NCBI GenBank assembly: GCA_964016885.1
Contig: OZ024755.1
Span: forward strand, 21,390,001-21,454,000
From: Eledone cirrhosa
Lineage: Eukaryota
Direction: 5' to 3'
Length of the DNA stretch: 64,000 bases
The translations under genes and the position numbers were made by a program. The notes below the pieces were generated by a model, which did no database searches, was not told the origin of the DNA, and worked only from the letters and a program-made list of their open reading frames with translations. Of the stretch, positions 35,905 through 45,300 are shown piece by piece. Numbering within the stretch: position 1 is the first letter of the stretch; the number at the start of each line of letters is the position of its first letter.

Positions 35905-38900
35905 CTTCAAATTAAACAAGATATATTTATAGGAATTTTATGTTTTTGTTCTTTATAATTTTTTCACTGTTTTTTAACACAACCTTTTGCTTTTTTAAGC
36001 ATTTCATCTCCATTTATATTTCCAACTTCTTAATCCATTTTATTACCTTTTTTTATTATTTCACCATCAAAAACTTTTTAAAATTGACTGAAAAGCACTT
36101 TTTATTGTATAACTAATGCTTCATATTCCGGCAGTAACAACCTGCTTTTACTGTAAAAGGTTTAACCCTTTGTTACTATATTTCTCATGAAAGACGCCTA
36201 TGATTTTCAGATAATTTTGAAAATAATCAAGAATTTGATTTAATTTATGTAAATTACTTCTCATTATTAAGTTGGTGTTTGGAACATAAATTATCAATAA
36301 TTTTTACATAAAATTATGATTGAAGGTTTTTTTTTTAGGTAACTATAAACACTTGAAAACATTTTTGACATAGAACCAGGGCAGTTTCTGGCATTTTGGT
36401 ATCAAAAGGGTTAATTGCAGTTTAAAAAAAGGCTTGAAGAGAATTAACCAATATTATTGCTTGGTATGAAGAAGTTGTGAATCAACAACACAAGTGTTGA
36501 TAAAAATATTATCATTCTGTTTGTGTAAAACAATATAGATATCTACTTGTCAATGAAGCATTTGTGCAGATTCTCTGTAAAAAAAATGATCTATTTGACT
36601 CCTTGTTTTAAAGATTACTTATTTTTGCTGTTTGGTCCATTCCAGATTTTACATTGGGTGTGATCGATGCCAAGATTGGTTTCATGGACGCTGCGTTGGG
36701 GTCACAAAAAGTGAAGCTGATAACATGGATACATATCTTTGCCCTACTTGTAAAAAAAATGAGCATGGAGATAAATATTCCCAAAGAGCCATGTCAGACA
36801 AAGACTACGACAGTTTACGACGCTTACTTCGCAGCCTTCAGGTAATATATTCGATATTATTTACTATATCCAATACTATTCATAAATAATAGATTTATTT
36901 TGTCAGTTTGAAGAAGACCAAAACTTCTATGAAATGTATCCATACAATAAACATTTGTATAAAATGTTTGTTTTAGTGGGCATAAAACTAAGTATTTCTG
37001 GTCCAACTGGTTCTTCCAGCCTCATGGCAACAGGCCACTATATATATTTAAAGAAGGAGATATATAGACTGTGACACTTCTGCCTTTCCCAGAGGTATTA
37101 GCAATGTAAGTGAAGTGAAATAGCTTCAGTTGAGGAATGTAACTGTATCTATAGAGATGAGTTGAAGGGAAAACTGGCTACAAGAGGAATCAGATGTAAT
37201 ATGCAAGAAATAAAATTGTATGGGTATGGGTATGTGATGTGTATGGATGATGGTTGCTGGGTGAAGAAATGTCAGGAGCTCCAAATAGAAGGTAATTGCA
37301 GAAGAGGAAGACCCAGGAAAAAGTGATGAGAGCTGATATTAAGATGTTGGACCTCACAGAGATGACGTTGAAGGGAAGCTATACTGGAGAAGAATCATCC
37401 TAGCCATGAAAACATAGGAAAGCTGGTGTAAAAATGATGATGATTGCTGTCTTTGTTGTCTGGTGCTTTTGGTTTGCTCCACACAACACCACAAAAATAT
37501 TAACATCATCATCATTATTTAACATTCATTTTCCAAATCAATACTCAAGTGGGGCTACTGGCCTTTTAGATGAGCTAGGGACACACATCTCGCTTACATA
37601 TGATCTTGTGCTCTACCAAATGTATTTCATCATGACACTAGCATAAATACTAAACATGTTTTTCTGATTTATTTAGGCCAATAAGATGGCATGGCCATTC
37701 CTGGAACCAGTTAACAGGTTAGAAGCACCTGATTATTATGATGTTATCAAAGAACCTATGGGTAAGTGAAATAATTTTCATCTCCAAATATTTTTATTTT
37801 ACAATCGAGGATGATGGATCCGTCATCGGTTTTGTGAATTAATATTAAGGTGGTTGAGTATTCTACAAATATGTGCCCATAATATAACTCACGAGCCAAA
37901 TCAGCGTGACAATATATGACACTGCTGAACCTTTGAATTACAAGTACAACCATTTGACATTTTTCAGTTTCTATCTACCCAGTCTCATTCACAAGGCTTC
38001 AGTTGACCTGAGGCTATAGCAAAGAAACTTGTCCATGTTGCCTTGCAGTGAGATTGAACCCCAGACATCATCATCATCATCGTTTAATGTCTATTTTCTA
38101 TGCTAGCATGGGTTAGGCAAGTTGTCCCTTTTGAGGCGTCAGATCAGGTGACCATGTTTTGCTCATACAGAACTGTTATTCGCTTGGTTTCTATGGTTGG
38201 ATACCCTTTCTAATGCCAACCACATTTACAGTGTGTGCTGGATGCTTTTTGTTGTGACACCAAAATAACTTTACAGTGTGGACTGAGGACTGGTGGGTTG
38301 TTTTGCATCTTCTCAACCATAGCCATTCTCTTGGTCTTTTCTGCTGCAGTAAGCTTTTATTTAGTTAGTATTCTGTAGGAAGTACTTTTTAAGATCCTCT
38401 TTGACAAACCTGCAAGTTTATGTGAAGAGACCCAAAGATTGGCTTCTGTGCAGAGATTGTTTTGGGCTCTCTTCAACAGACTCTTGGACCATTTCAATAA
38501 CTTCCTGTGTACATTTCCTAGGTTGTGTAGAATGGTTAGGACAGTTCTCAGACATTGTATTGAGGTTCTCCATTGTCCCATAGGTCTCAAACTTCTTCAG
38601 ACAGTTTTGGATATTGATTTTGAAGAGAGATTTGTCTGTTCCAAAAAATGCATAAAGTTACTCCTAGACTTGTTTGTACAAAGGACACTTACAGTAGTGT
38701 TTCACACAGAAAATCCAGTTCTGGAGCTCCCATTGGGGTCTTGTCATCTTCTCAAACATATCTACCATGTCCTGAACTTTGTCACAACAGAAGTACTGGA
38801 AACCGTTTTTGTACAGACACTGAAAACCCTTAAAGAGAAATTTTCTAACCAATTAACACTATTTTGCATCATACTGACTTTCTCAAAACAATCGTAACCA

Positions 38901-39186
38901 CATATCTCCCACTGCTTCATATAAACTATAGTTTTGTTGACCTTTGTTGATTGGTTTTACAAATAAAGGATATATATGTTGTTTTTTTTTTCCAGATTTA
39001 TCAACTGTTGAAGAGAGACTTTCAAACAAACATTATAAACGTTTGACTGATTTTATCAAAGACATGACCAAAATATTTGACAACTGTCGTTACTATAATC
39101 CAAGTGATTCTCCATTCTATCAGTGTGCAGAAGTACTGGAAACCGTTTTTGTACAGAAACTGAAAACCCTTAAAGAGAAATTTTAG
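3957..39186 (+). CDS. BPTF: Nucleosome-remodeling factor subunit BPTF/NURF301, 5'-partial gene model (21 coding exons in window; N-terminal DDT exons lie upstream of the window)
   Basis: Exons 3957-4077, 4345-4466, 5775-5980, 6373-6560, 7076-7328, 8445-8645, 9480-9863, 10562-10704, 10934-14684, 17918-18056, 18530-18873, 19692-19895, 20824-20937, 25659-26618, 27784-28087, 29415-29640, 30710-30957, 33588-33761, 36646-36841, 37677-37761, 38996-39186. All GT-AG with matching phases. Motifs [55 protein letters not shown], two LYCIC..PYD..FYIGCD PHD fingers, bromodomain. Confidence 0.96.
4345..4466 (+). CDS. BPTF: BPTF exon, WHIM-type region
   Basis: [40 protein letters not shown]; canonical splice sites. 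Confidence 0.93.
5413..5507 (+). ncRNA. Degenerate type I hammerhead ribozyme hairpin
   Basis: 29-bp stem I with G.U pairs; core UUGAUAA (two changes from CUGAUGA), A-CACU-AAUG-AGCG-A, GAAACAG-GA-CUGUC. Confidence 0.6.
5775..5980 (+). CDS. BPTF: BPTF exon
   Basis: [20 protein letters not shown]...[10 protein letters not shown]; phase 2 to phase 1. Confidence 0.92.
6373..6560 (+). CDS. BPTF: BPTF exon (charged coiled coil)
   Basis: [18 protein letters not shown]...; donor GAG|gtacca is weak but phase-consistent. Confidence 0.82.
7076..7328 (+). CDS. BPTF: BPTF exon (Ser/Thr-rich)
   Basis: ttcag|AAT...G|gtaata; phase 0 to phase 1. Confidence 0.82.
7362..7571 (+). mobile_element. piggyBac-like MITE family C (inverted copies about 6060-6241, 10320-10492, 16165-16356)
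   Basis: TTAA|CTCTTAACATCC...GGATATTAAGAG|TTAA. Confidence 0.78.
8445..8645 (+). CDS. BPTF: BPTF exon
   Basis: [16 protein letters not shown]...GYFKLG; donor gtaag. Confidence 0.9.
9031..9241 (+). mobile_element. piggyBac-like MITE family B (inverted copy 18943-19138)
   Basis: TTAA|CCCTTTAGCATTTA...TAAATGCTAAAG(A/G)G|TTAA. Confidence 0.82.
9480..9863 (+). CDS. BPTF: BPTF exon
   Basis: [32 protein letters not shown]...FLHPNW...[12 protein letters not shown], conserved BPTF block. Confidence 0.95.
10562..10704 (+). CDS. BPTF: BPTF exon
   Basis: [21 protein letters not shown]...[11 protein letters not shown]|gtaagt. Confidence 0.92.
10934..14684 (+). CDS. BPTF: BPTF giant exon (3751 nt) containing a 12-aa Thr/Pro tandem repeat
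   Basis: Starts [19 protein letters not shown]; matches ORF 10985..14689; ends [20 protein letters not shown]. Confidence 0.95.
14821..15500. repeat. 84-bp minisatellite, about 8 copies
   Basis: Unit GTTACTGTGATAATGACAGAACTGTGTAGGGAGATATATTTGACCAATGCCAGCATGGGATGTGATAGGGTTCTGTCTGTCTGT. Confidence 0.95.
15829..16024 (+). mobile_element. piggyBac-like MITE family A (copies 17150-17324 inverted, 17349-17517, 36166-36410, 46292-46519, about 54290-54523, partial about 6650-6878 and 27063-27210)
   Basis: TTAA|CCCTTT...AAAGGG|TTAA termini and shared internal sequence. Confidence 0.8.
16567..16878. mobile_element. pogo/Tigger-type MITE nested inside a TTAA MITE
   Basis: TA|CAGTGGAAC...GTTCCACTG|TA. 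Confidence 0.8.
17918..18056 (+). CDS. BPTF: BPTF exon
   Basis: [45 protein letters not shown]. Confidence 0.93.
18530..18873 (+). CDS. BPTF: BPTF exon (Gln-rich)
   Basis: [20 protein letters not shown]; phase 2 to phase 1. Confidence 0.9.
19692..19895 (+). CDS. BPTF: BPTF exon
   Basis: Phase 1-1, open frame, canonical sites. Confidence 0.85.
20054..20412 (+). mobile_element. RTE LINE 3' end inserted in (TA)n
   Basis: Shared 3' UTR with tandem subrepeats, GGAAGGGCATCCAGCTGTAG core, GAT tail. Confidence 0.85.
20549..20745. mobile_element. mariner-type MITE
   Basis: TA TSD; about 30-bp TIR TGAGGGTCGCTGAAAAGTTCCTAGGCTGAC / GTCAGCCTATGAACTTTTCAGCTGATCCTTG. Confidence 0.8.
20824..20937 (+). 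CDS. BPTF: BPTF exon
   Basis: [19 protein letters not shown], typical of BPTF; phase 1-1. Confidence 0.9.
20972..21622. repeat. Higher-order minisatellite (31+23+23+33 = 110-bp period)
   Basis: GTAAAATGAT recurs at 21121, 21231, 21341 and 21451; subunits built on ATATATCTGTTGTA. Confidence 0.93.
21623..24750 (+). mobile_element. RTE-clade LINE, 5'-truncated, nearly intact ORF (APE endonuclease, RT, PHD-like finger), in a BPTF intron
   Basis: [60 protein letters not shown]; one frameshift in an A7 run at 21895-21901; 3' UTR ends in (GAT)n; TA-repeat sequence on both flanks. Confidence 0.95.
25114..25433 (-). mobile_element. Same SINE family, inverted copy
   Basis: Reverse complement closely matches 2013-2354. 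Confidence 0.88.
25659..26618 (+). CDS. BPTF: BPTF exon with Thr/Ala microsatellite-like tract
   Basis: [15 protein letters not shown]...[10 protein letters not shown]; phase 1-1. Confidence 0.9.
26941..26990 (-). mobile_element. Very short 3' tail of the same CR1 family
   Basis: Reverse complement GAGCACTGTACACAATAATTTCATTATTATT matches the CR1 tail at about 63437-63470. Confidence 0.7.
27485..27675 (-). repeat. Tandem amplification (about 46 bp x4) of an RTE 3' UTR subrepeat
   Basis: CAACCACTTTACAGAGTGTACTGGGTGCATTTATCATGTATATCAC repeated. Confidence 0.8.
27784..28087 (+). CDS. BPTF: BPTF exon
   Basis: [20 protein letters not shown]...EQKDEQIR. Confidence 0.9.
29415..29640 (+). CDS. BPTF: BPTF exon (coiled coil)
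   Basis: [18 protein letters not shown]...[17 protein letters not shown]. Confidence 0.93.
29697..30110 (+). mobile_element. Two tandem MetaSINE-like tRNA SINEs (other copies 26735-26935 minus, 53910-54127 plus)
   Basis: [32 protein letters not shown] body, (ATT)n tail. Confidence 0.75.
30710..30957 (+). CDS. BPTF: BPTF exon, start of PHD2
   Basis: ...[15 protein letters not shown], phase 2 donor gtaagt. Confidence 0.93.
33588..33761 (+). CDS. BPTF: BPTF exon, C-half of PHD2 plus N-half of PHD3
   Basis: [17 protein letters not shown]...YVCDEC...[14 protein letters not shown]; 174 nt, phase 2-2. Confidence 0.93.
34710..34985 (-). mobile_element. RTE LINE 5' UTR fragment
   Basis: CTAGGAGAAGGAAAACTCTGA motif typical of RTE 5' UTRs; begins at a (TA)n tract. 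Confidence 0.6.
35302..35386 (-). ncRNA. Type I minimal hammerhead ribozyme candidate
   Basis: Minus strand: stem I arm, CUGAUGA, A-GGGU-AAUG-ACCC-A, GAAAC-AU-GUU, complementary stem I arm (about 24 bp with bulges). Confidence 0.72.
35713..35819 (+). ncRNA. Hammerhead-like motif with long branched stem II and damaged stem I
   Basis: CUGAGGA-GCAGA...UCUGC-GAAAC...GUC. Confidence 0.5.
36646..36841 (+). CDS. BPTF: BPTF exon, C-half of PHD3 and start of bromodomain
   Basis: [18 protein letters not shown]...YLCPTC. Confidence 0.95.
37677..37761 (+). CDS. BPTF: BPTF exon, bromodomain ZA loop
   Basis: [28 protein letters not shown]. Confidence 0.95.
38370..38785 (-). mobile_element. Tc1/mariner (DUF4817 HTH-type) transposase relic
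   Basis: Minus frames read WIFCVKHY...[18 protein letters not shown]...[24 protein letters not shown]...KEDLKKY, with stops and frameshifts. Confidence 0.7.
38996..39186 (+). CDS. BPTF: BPTF terminal exon, bromodomain C-half
   Basis: DLSTVEERL...[23 protein letters not shown]...EKF-TAG. Confidence 0.95.
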
Positions 39187-39939
39187 GACTAAATCCATTG
39201 TTTGTTAACTTGCTGCTATCCATTTCAATGTAAATACCATTGATAGATTCTTCAAACTGTAACTGTCAGCTTGGCCAACTTAGTTCTGTGGTGTGGAAAT
39301 GCAGTACTGGTAGAAATATTGGAAAGAGGTTATTTTCCACCATTCATTTTTAGTCTCCACCGCCTACCATTGATGCTGTTGTTGTTGTTAACAGATCCTC
39401 ACAGCAGCACATAATTCTCAGACCCATCTATTCTCATTATTATCATCACATTTATCATACTTTGATTTAAGGTTTAAAGCTAAAAAAAAAGAAAAAAAAA
39501 AAGAAAGAAGATAACTTATTTCCTACATGACAGCAATTGATAAAACCTTGGTAAGTAAAAAGAGAAATGTTTTTCTGAAAAATATTATTTCGGATTTACT
39601 TTCAAATGTGTTTAGAAAAAAAGGAAAAGAACAGGAACTTGGGAAAAAAGATTACAAAAATAGAATGGTTGTTGTTGTCATTGCTAAAATCTTTGCAGCG
39701 ACAACTGAATGAAATTCATTGTTCATTATTTTTTATTCAAATATGCATCCCCCACCAACTTTTGCTCCTCCACTACACAACTTCACTTTGGCATCACAAT
39801 GGAGCTTTAGCCTACCTTTCCATAGACTACATGGCAGAGGGAGTTGCAATGGGCCACAGACGTATCATGTGTCAAGACTGTAACAGTAAAAGTAAAAAAA
39901 AAAAAATATTTTGATTGTTAACATAGCAGTCAACCTCTT

Positions 39940-40191
39940 AATAAATATTGTAATGACTTCAAGTGTTGTTTTCTTACCAGTTTTGTACAATTGACAATTT
40001 CTATATCAAACTTAAATCAATAAAGCATAACTGCTGAATCACATTGTCTCTCCACCCCAGCTCTACCACAAACATAAGAATTGTTGTCACCAGAATAATT
40101 TATTTTTATAATTTAAAACAGTCAGTGGTCAAAATTATTTAACTTTTTTTTTTGTAAAAAAAACTCAAAATTTCCCAGTTTTCTCTTTATT
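39940..40191. terminator. Convergent polyadenylation-signal cluster for BPTF (+) and PIGX (-)
   Basis: AATAAA on + at 39940 and 40019; AATAAA on - at 40099-40104 and 40186-40191. Confidence 0.45.
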
Positions 40192-40224
40192 AGATGAATT
40201 TGATAATTGTTGTAAAGAATGGCA

Positions 40225-40377
40225 TTAGAACATTTTGGAATTCATTTTGTGAAACTGGCTCTTCAGTTGATATAGTAAGAAGATTGTACCACATGTTGTT
40301 GTCAGTGAAGTAATTACAGCTACAATTAGTAGATGATCTAAATTACCAACTGGAATGACTGCTTGAATAGATGAGAC
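40225..40377 (-). CDS. PIGX: PIGX terminal exon (TM anchor)
   Basis: [53 protein letters not shown]. Confidence 0.9.
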   Translation of the reverse strand, partial: VSSIQAVIPVGNLDHLLIVAVITSLTTTCGTIFLLYQLKSQFHKMNSKMF

Positions 40378-42362
40378 CTGTTAATATAGAAAAAAAAAGG
40401 TAAACAAAAATATGTTTCTTTTTGTTTTGTTTACACCAATAATTGTTCAGATGTTTACTAAATAAAACCAAATCACCGTGGGTGGGGGTATTGAAGGAAG
40501 ATATGTTACTTAAAATAGAGTGAAACCACATGGTGTAGCAGTTAGGCTGTTGGATTCAGGATCCTAAAATCATGGGTTCAACTTCTGCACCAGGCAACAC
40601 ATTGTGTTCTTGAGCAAGATGCTTTATTTTATGTTGTTTTTTTTTATGATAGAACTGAGGGCTCTATCATTAAAACACCCAAGAAACTTTCTATGAGATG
40701 CAACCTTGTAGGAAGCCAGCTAAACCTGCATAGGTATGTGATGTAAATTTCATTTTTTTTATATACTTAAACTAGCCTTTGAAATGTGAATAAACTTTTT
40801 GTTTTATAAATAAATGTATATGTGCCTAATTATTCTATAGTTGCCAAATTTTCTCACTAGAGTGAACTACAGTTTTTGAAGTTCATAAAAAGATAACATT
40901 CTGTGCCATTAGTGTAAATAATAGAATGTGAAAAGAGTAATATATATATTAAGAAATGTGAAGGCATGTGGCTTAGTGGTTAGGGTGCTTAGCACACGAT
41001 TGTGAGTTCAATTCCCGGTGGCACATCGTGTTCTTGAGCAAGACACATTGTTTCATGTTGCTCCAGTCCACCCAGCTGGAAAAAAAAATGAGTTGTACCT
41101 GTAATTTAAAGGGTCGGTTTTGTCACGCACTGTTACACTGAATTTCCCTAAGGACTACGTTAAGGGTACACGTGTCTGTGGAATGCTCAGCCACTTGCAC
41201 GTTAGTGTTAACTTCATGAGGAGGCTGTTCAGTAACACTCATCATCAGAACTGTCAAACTGTCCAACATACATATTAACTATTTCTAATGACTTATTAAA
41301 CATAAAATTTTGTATGTTAACACACACACACACTTACTCTACATTGACATTTAAGTTTGCTCCATGTACAAATGTTAAAATTAGTTCGAGAACACTGCAG
41401 ATCATAGGTTGTATACATTCCATCTGAAAAAATGAAAAAAAACAAAACAAGGTAAATCTTGGTTCATGTGTTTTCATTACTCTGCCACAACAACTAATAA
41501 TGATAATCATCAACTTTCTTTTCAGATATACATCTGTGTGTATATATTATAAACTCAATGAAATTTAATATCTTTATTGTTTATTTCACTTTTATTGCAG
41601 TATTTATATCGTAAACATATGATACTATAGTTTCTTTTTCTAGTCTTGTTAATATTATATCAACATATGTTAGCATAGATGATAAAACCAGTTGAATATT
41701 TAGTTAGACAATAAATTGTTTTTATACAATCACTTTTAACAAACTGATGTTTTTTTTTTTTGTTACTGTTGTAAATAGTTAAATTAATTATCAGAATTCA
41801 TCAAGTCCTGTTGAAAATAATTTTACTGCATGCAGTATTTACTTTTCATTCTTTTGAGGTCAATAAAATATTAGTACCAGTCAAATACTGGAGGAGGTCG
41901 ATCCTTCCACTTTCTCAATTTCTCCTCTCTCTGGAAGTAATCAATTGTTCAGACTTAGAGAGAGAGATGGGCTCCACTAGGTTTTTTAAATGCTCAAGAC
42001 ATGCTGAGTATTACAACAGTGATTCTACAACTTCATCAATAGTTTAGAGTTCGTTGATGGAGACACAGTATGCAGTGTATAATGTTATCATCAGCTCTCA
42101 AATCAAGTACAATATGTTCCTAAATCACTTGGCTAATGATTGTTATATCTCATCACAGCATTACATGGATATACTATGACAGCAATGTTTAACTTTAAAA
42201 CCACCAGATTATCTCTCTGTAAATGTGTGTCAGAGGGAAGTACAAGTCACTGGTGTGTGCTCCTGGGACATTTATAATGGAGCTTCTATTCAGCCTTAGG
42301 TTGAACTTGGGTTAGGGGATATCTGAATTAAGAAGTTGTAGTCTAATGACCATTGAAAATTT

Positions 42363-42395
<33 letters not shown>

Positions 42396-45300
42396 TCAGA
42401 AAGTCCCAATGGAGACTTGATAATCAGCCAAAACAGTGGACTGTACCTACTCTACAATATGATGTGCATTGAGCACTACCCTAATTTGCGGGCTTCCCAG
42501 TTTTCAAACCATGAACAACACTTCATATGTATCTTCTTAGTTATAGGTTCTTCGTGCCTTTCGGCACATCGAGCAGTAAGTAGTCGCCAATGGTCACGAT
42601 CAGCAGCGGCTTTTTTGCATCTGTGCCAAGCGATGTTGGCTGCCATCAGATCTTTGGAATGTTTGTCGTCAGATGATCGTGGATGAACCCCCACTTCCGT
42701 TTGCTGCCAGATGGAGTGTAGTTCATCACTGTTTTTGAGTGTCGTTCGTTGGGCAGGCGCAGAATATGGCCACCAGGCGGCACTTCATATGTATGTAAGT
42801 ATATATATATATATATATACACACATGTAGTGTCACTCCATCGAGAAGAACGTACTGTATACACTGCCAATTTAGGTGACAGTGGATTTCTACTTATTCG
42901 ACATGATGAAGTTATTCACAAGAACAGCAACATTACTTCAACACTCCATTCCAGCTTGCTGTGGCTCCACCACCACAACGAGGTCAAATTATCAGCGACA
43001 GGTGAGTATATTTCTTATTAAATAATATGATATATAATATATAATATATAACATGACACAGGACCGAGACCTGGCGTTGCGCAGTAATACAGAAGACCCG
43101 ACATCCCACGGGTACAAGCCGAAGCTGAAGCATATAGACTGTATGCGCCCCCCCCCCTCCACTGTAAAGTGCTCATGTAGGTGTCATGATAAAAAAGCAC
43201 CCAGTCCACACTGTAAATGAGCTTGGTGTAGGAAGAGTCAAAATCAGTTCTGTTTGAGGAAGACATGGTCACCTGACCTGGTATTGCCCACAACAGGGCA
43301 ACTCGTCTAACCCATGCTAGCTTGGAAGAATGGACGTAAAACGGTGATGATATATATATATATGCTCAACAGCCATCTATAATAAATACATTTTCCTTAA
43401 CAAATTAGAATTGCACTTTTCTCACCAAATAATTTTTTTCTATAGATTTCCCATTAATAATTACATTTGAGTTATATTAATAATGTCAGCTGTAGTAATT
43501 AGTGTAAATAAAAGACTAGTGCAACTTTCAATATTCTATTATTACAAACAAACCAATTACATTTCCTGTTTCATTTAAAACTAAAGTTAAAATAATATTT
43601 TACCTAAGCAATCTATGAAGAGTGTATTTGGTGTCCTGAAGTGAATAGTTTGGAAAGGTTTTGAATACTGTGGTTGATGATAGCGAAGGTGGACTGGAAG
43701 GACTATTTCTGTAGTGAATTCATTTGGTGATGTTTGCTGAAGATCTGAGTAAACCAAAATGGTTTGGTTGGAAGAAACATGTTCTGGGGTCTCAACATTG
43801 ACTGGTAAATCAAATAGAACCTAAATATGAACAAAAATTGATGGAAATATTTATCAATATAAACTGCAGTTATGATATTAAAAGCTTTTAAAAACATTAA
43901 TCAGCTATAACATAAGAGGGAATTGATCTCTAAAGAAATGTGGGCTTACCTATCATTGCATTTTCCAGGTACCAGATATTGAGAGGAGTGGTGATGCTCC
44001 AAACAGTGCTGCCAACTCTGAGAGGGCCCAATGGATGGCCCTATTGAACACAGTTTGAAGAGGATATAATCTTGTCCGCTGTGAGGATCATGCTTGGGGA
44101 CCCGTAGGTCAGGTGGACTGAGGCAAGCAATTGTAGTGCAGACAGTTGAAGGAAAGACTCTTGAACTGAGGGTTACACCCACAAGAGTTGACTTACAGAG
44201 AGTTAAGACTAGGCCCCAGTACAGTGCTGATATTTTATTAGTCCTTGAAAGAATGACAGGCAAAGTTGATCTCAGCAAAATTTGAACCCAGAGCACATAG
44301 CTAGAACAAATACCACATCATCATCATCACCGTTTTACGTCCATTCTTCCATGGGTTAGACGGGTTGTCCTGTTGTGGGCAGTGTCTGGTTGGCTGACCA
44401 TGCCTTGCTCATACAGGAACTGATTTGGCTTGATTTCTACAGCTGGATGCCCTTCCTAACACCAACCTCATTTACAGTGAGTGCTGGGTGCTTTTTCGTG
44501 GCGCCTACACGTCCACTTTACAGTGTGGGCTGGGTGCTTTTTTGCCGTGGCACCTCCACGACCACCTTGCGGTGGGGGCATATTGTCTATATGCTTCAGC
44601 TTGTACCCATGGGAGGTCGGGTACTCTGTATTACTGCGTGATGCCAGAGGTCACGGTCGTGTGTCATTGCCTTTGAGAGGTGTAATTGGGTAAGGCCGGC
44701 TTTTATCACCTCATCCCAAGTCATCTTGGGTCTCCCCACTCCGCGGTTTCCATCGACAAAGCATTCTAATGACTGTCAGTTCACTGCCTTTCATTAGAAA
44801 GATGGTAATGAAAGGATTAAATTCCACTTACTTGGGGACTTTTTACATTATTAACCTGGTCTGGATCTATGTATGCACCACTTGGTAATGTTATTTCTAG
44901 AGCAGATGTACATTTAGTTGTTGTCAGATATTGTGGAAGCATTATATTAATTGTATAAGCCAGGTCTCTGTCAAAGGAAAATGAAATATTTCAATACATA
45001 CATGTACAACAAACATCAATTTAGTCTAAAAGCAAGGCATTACATTTCATCAGCATCATTTTTCATTCATTTTCCATTATCATCATTCTACGTCTGCTTT
45101 TCCTTGCTTGCAAGGGTGGGACAGGTCTGTAGCGCTCTCTAGACAGGAAGTAGCTGGCGTTACTTCCCGTTGAGGTGGCAGAACCTTCTTTGTGACTTCC
45201 GTCCAGGGACCCTATAAAGGAGAGAGCTGCCAGCGTGTTCCGCCGAGGGTATACTCTCTCGCAACCTGAACATGGTAATGTAAAGACCTGGTCTCTTGTG

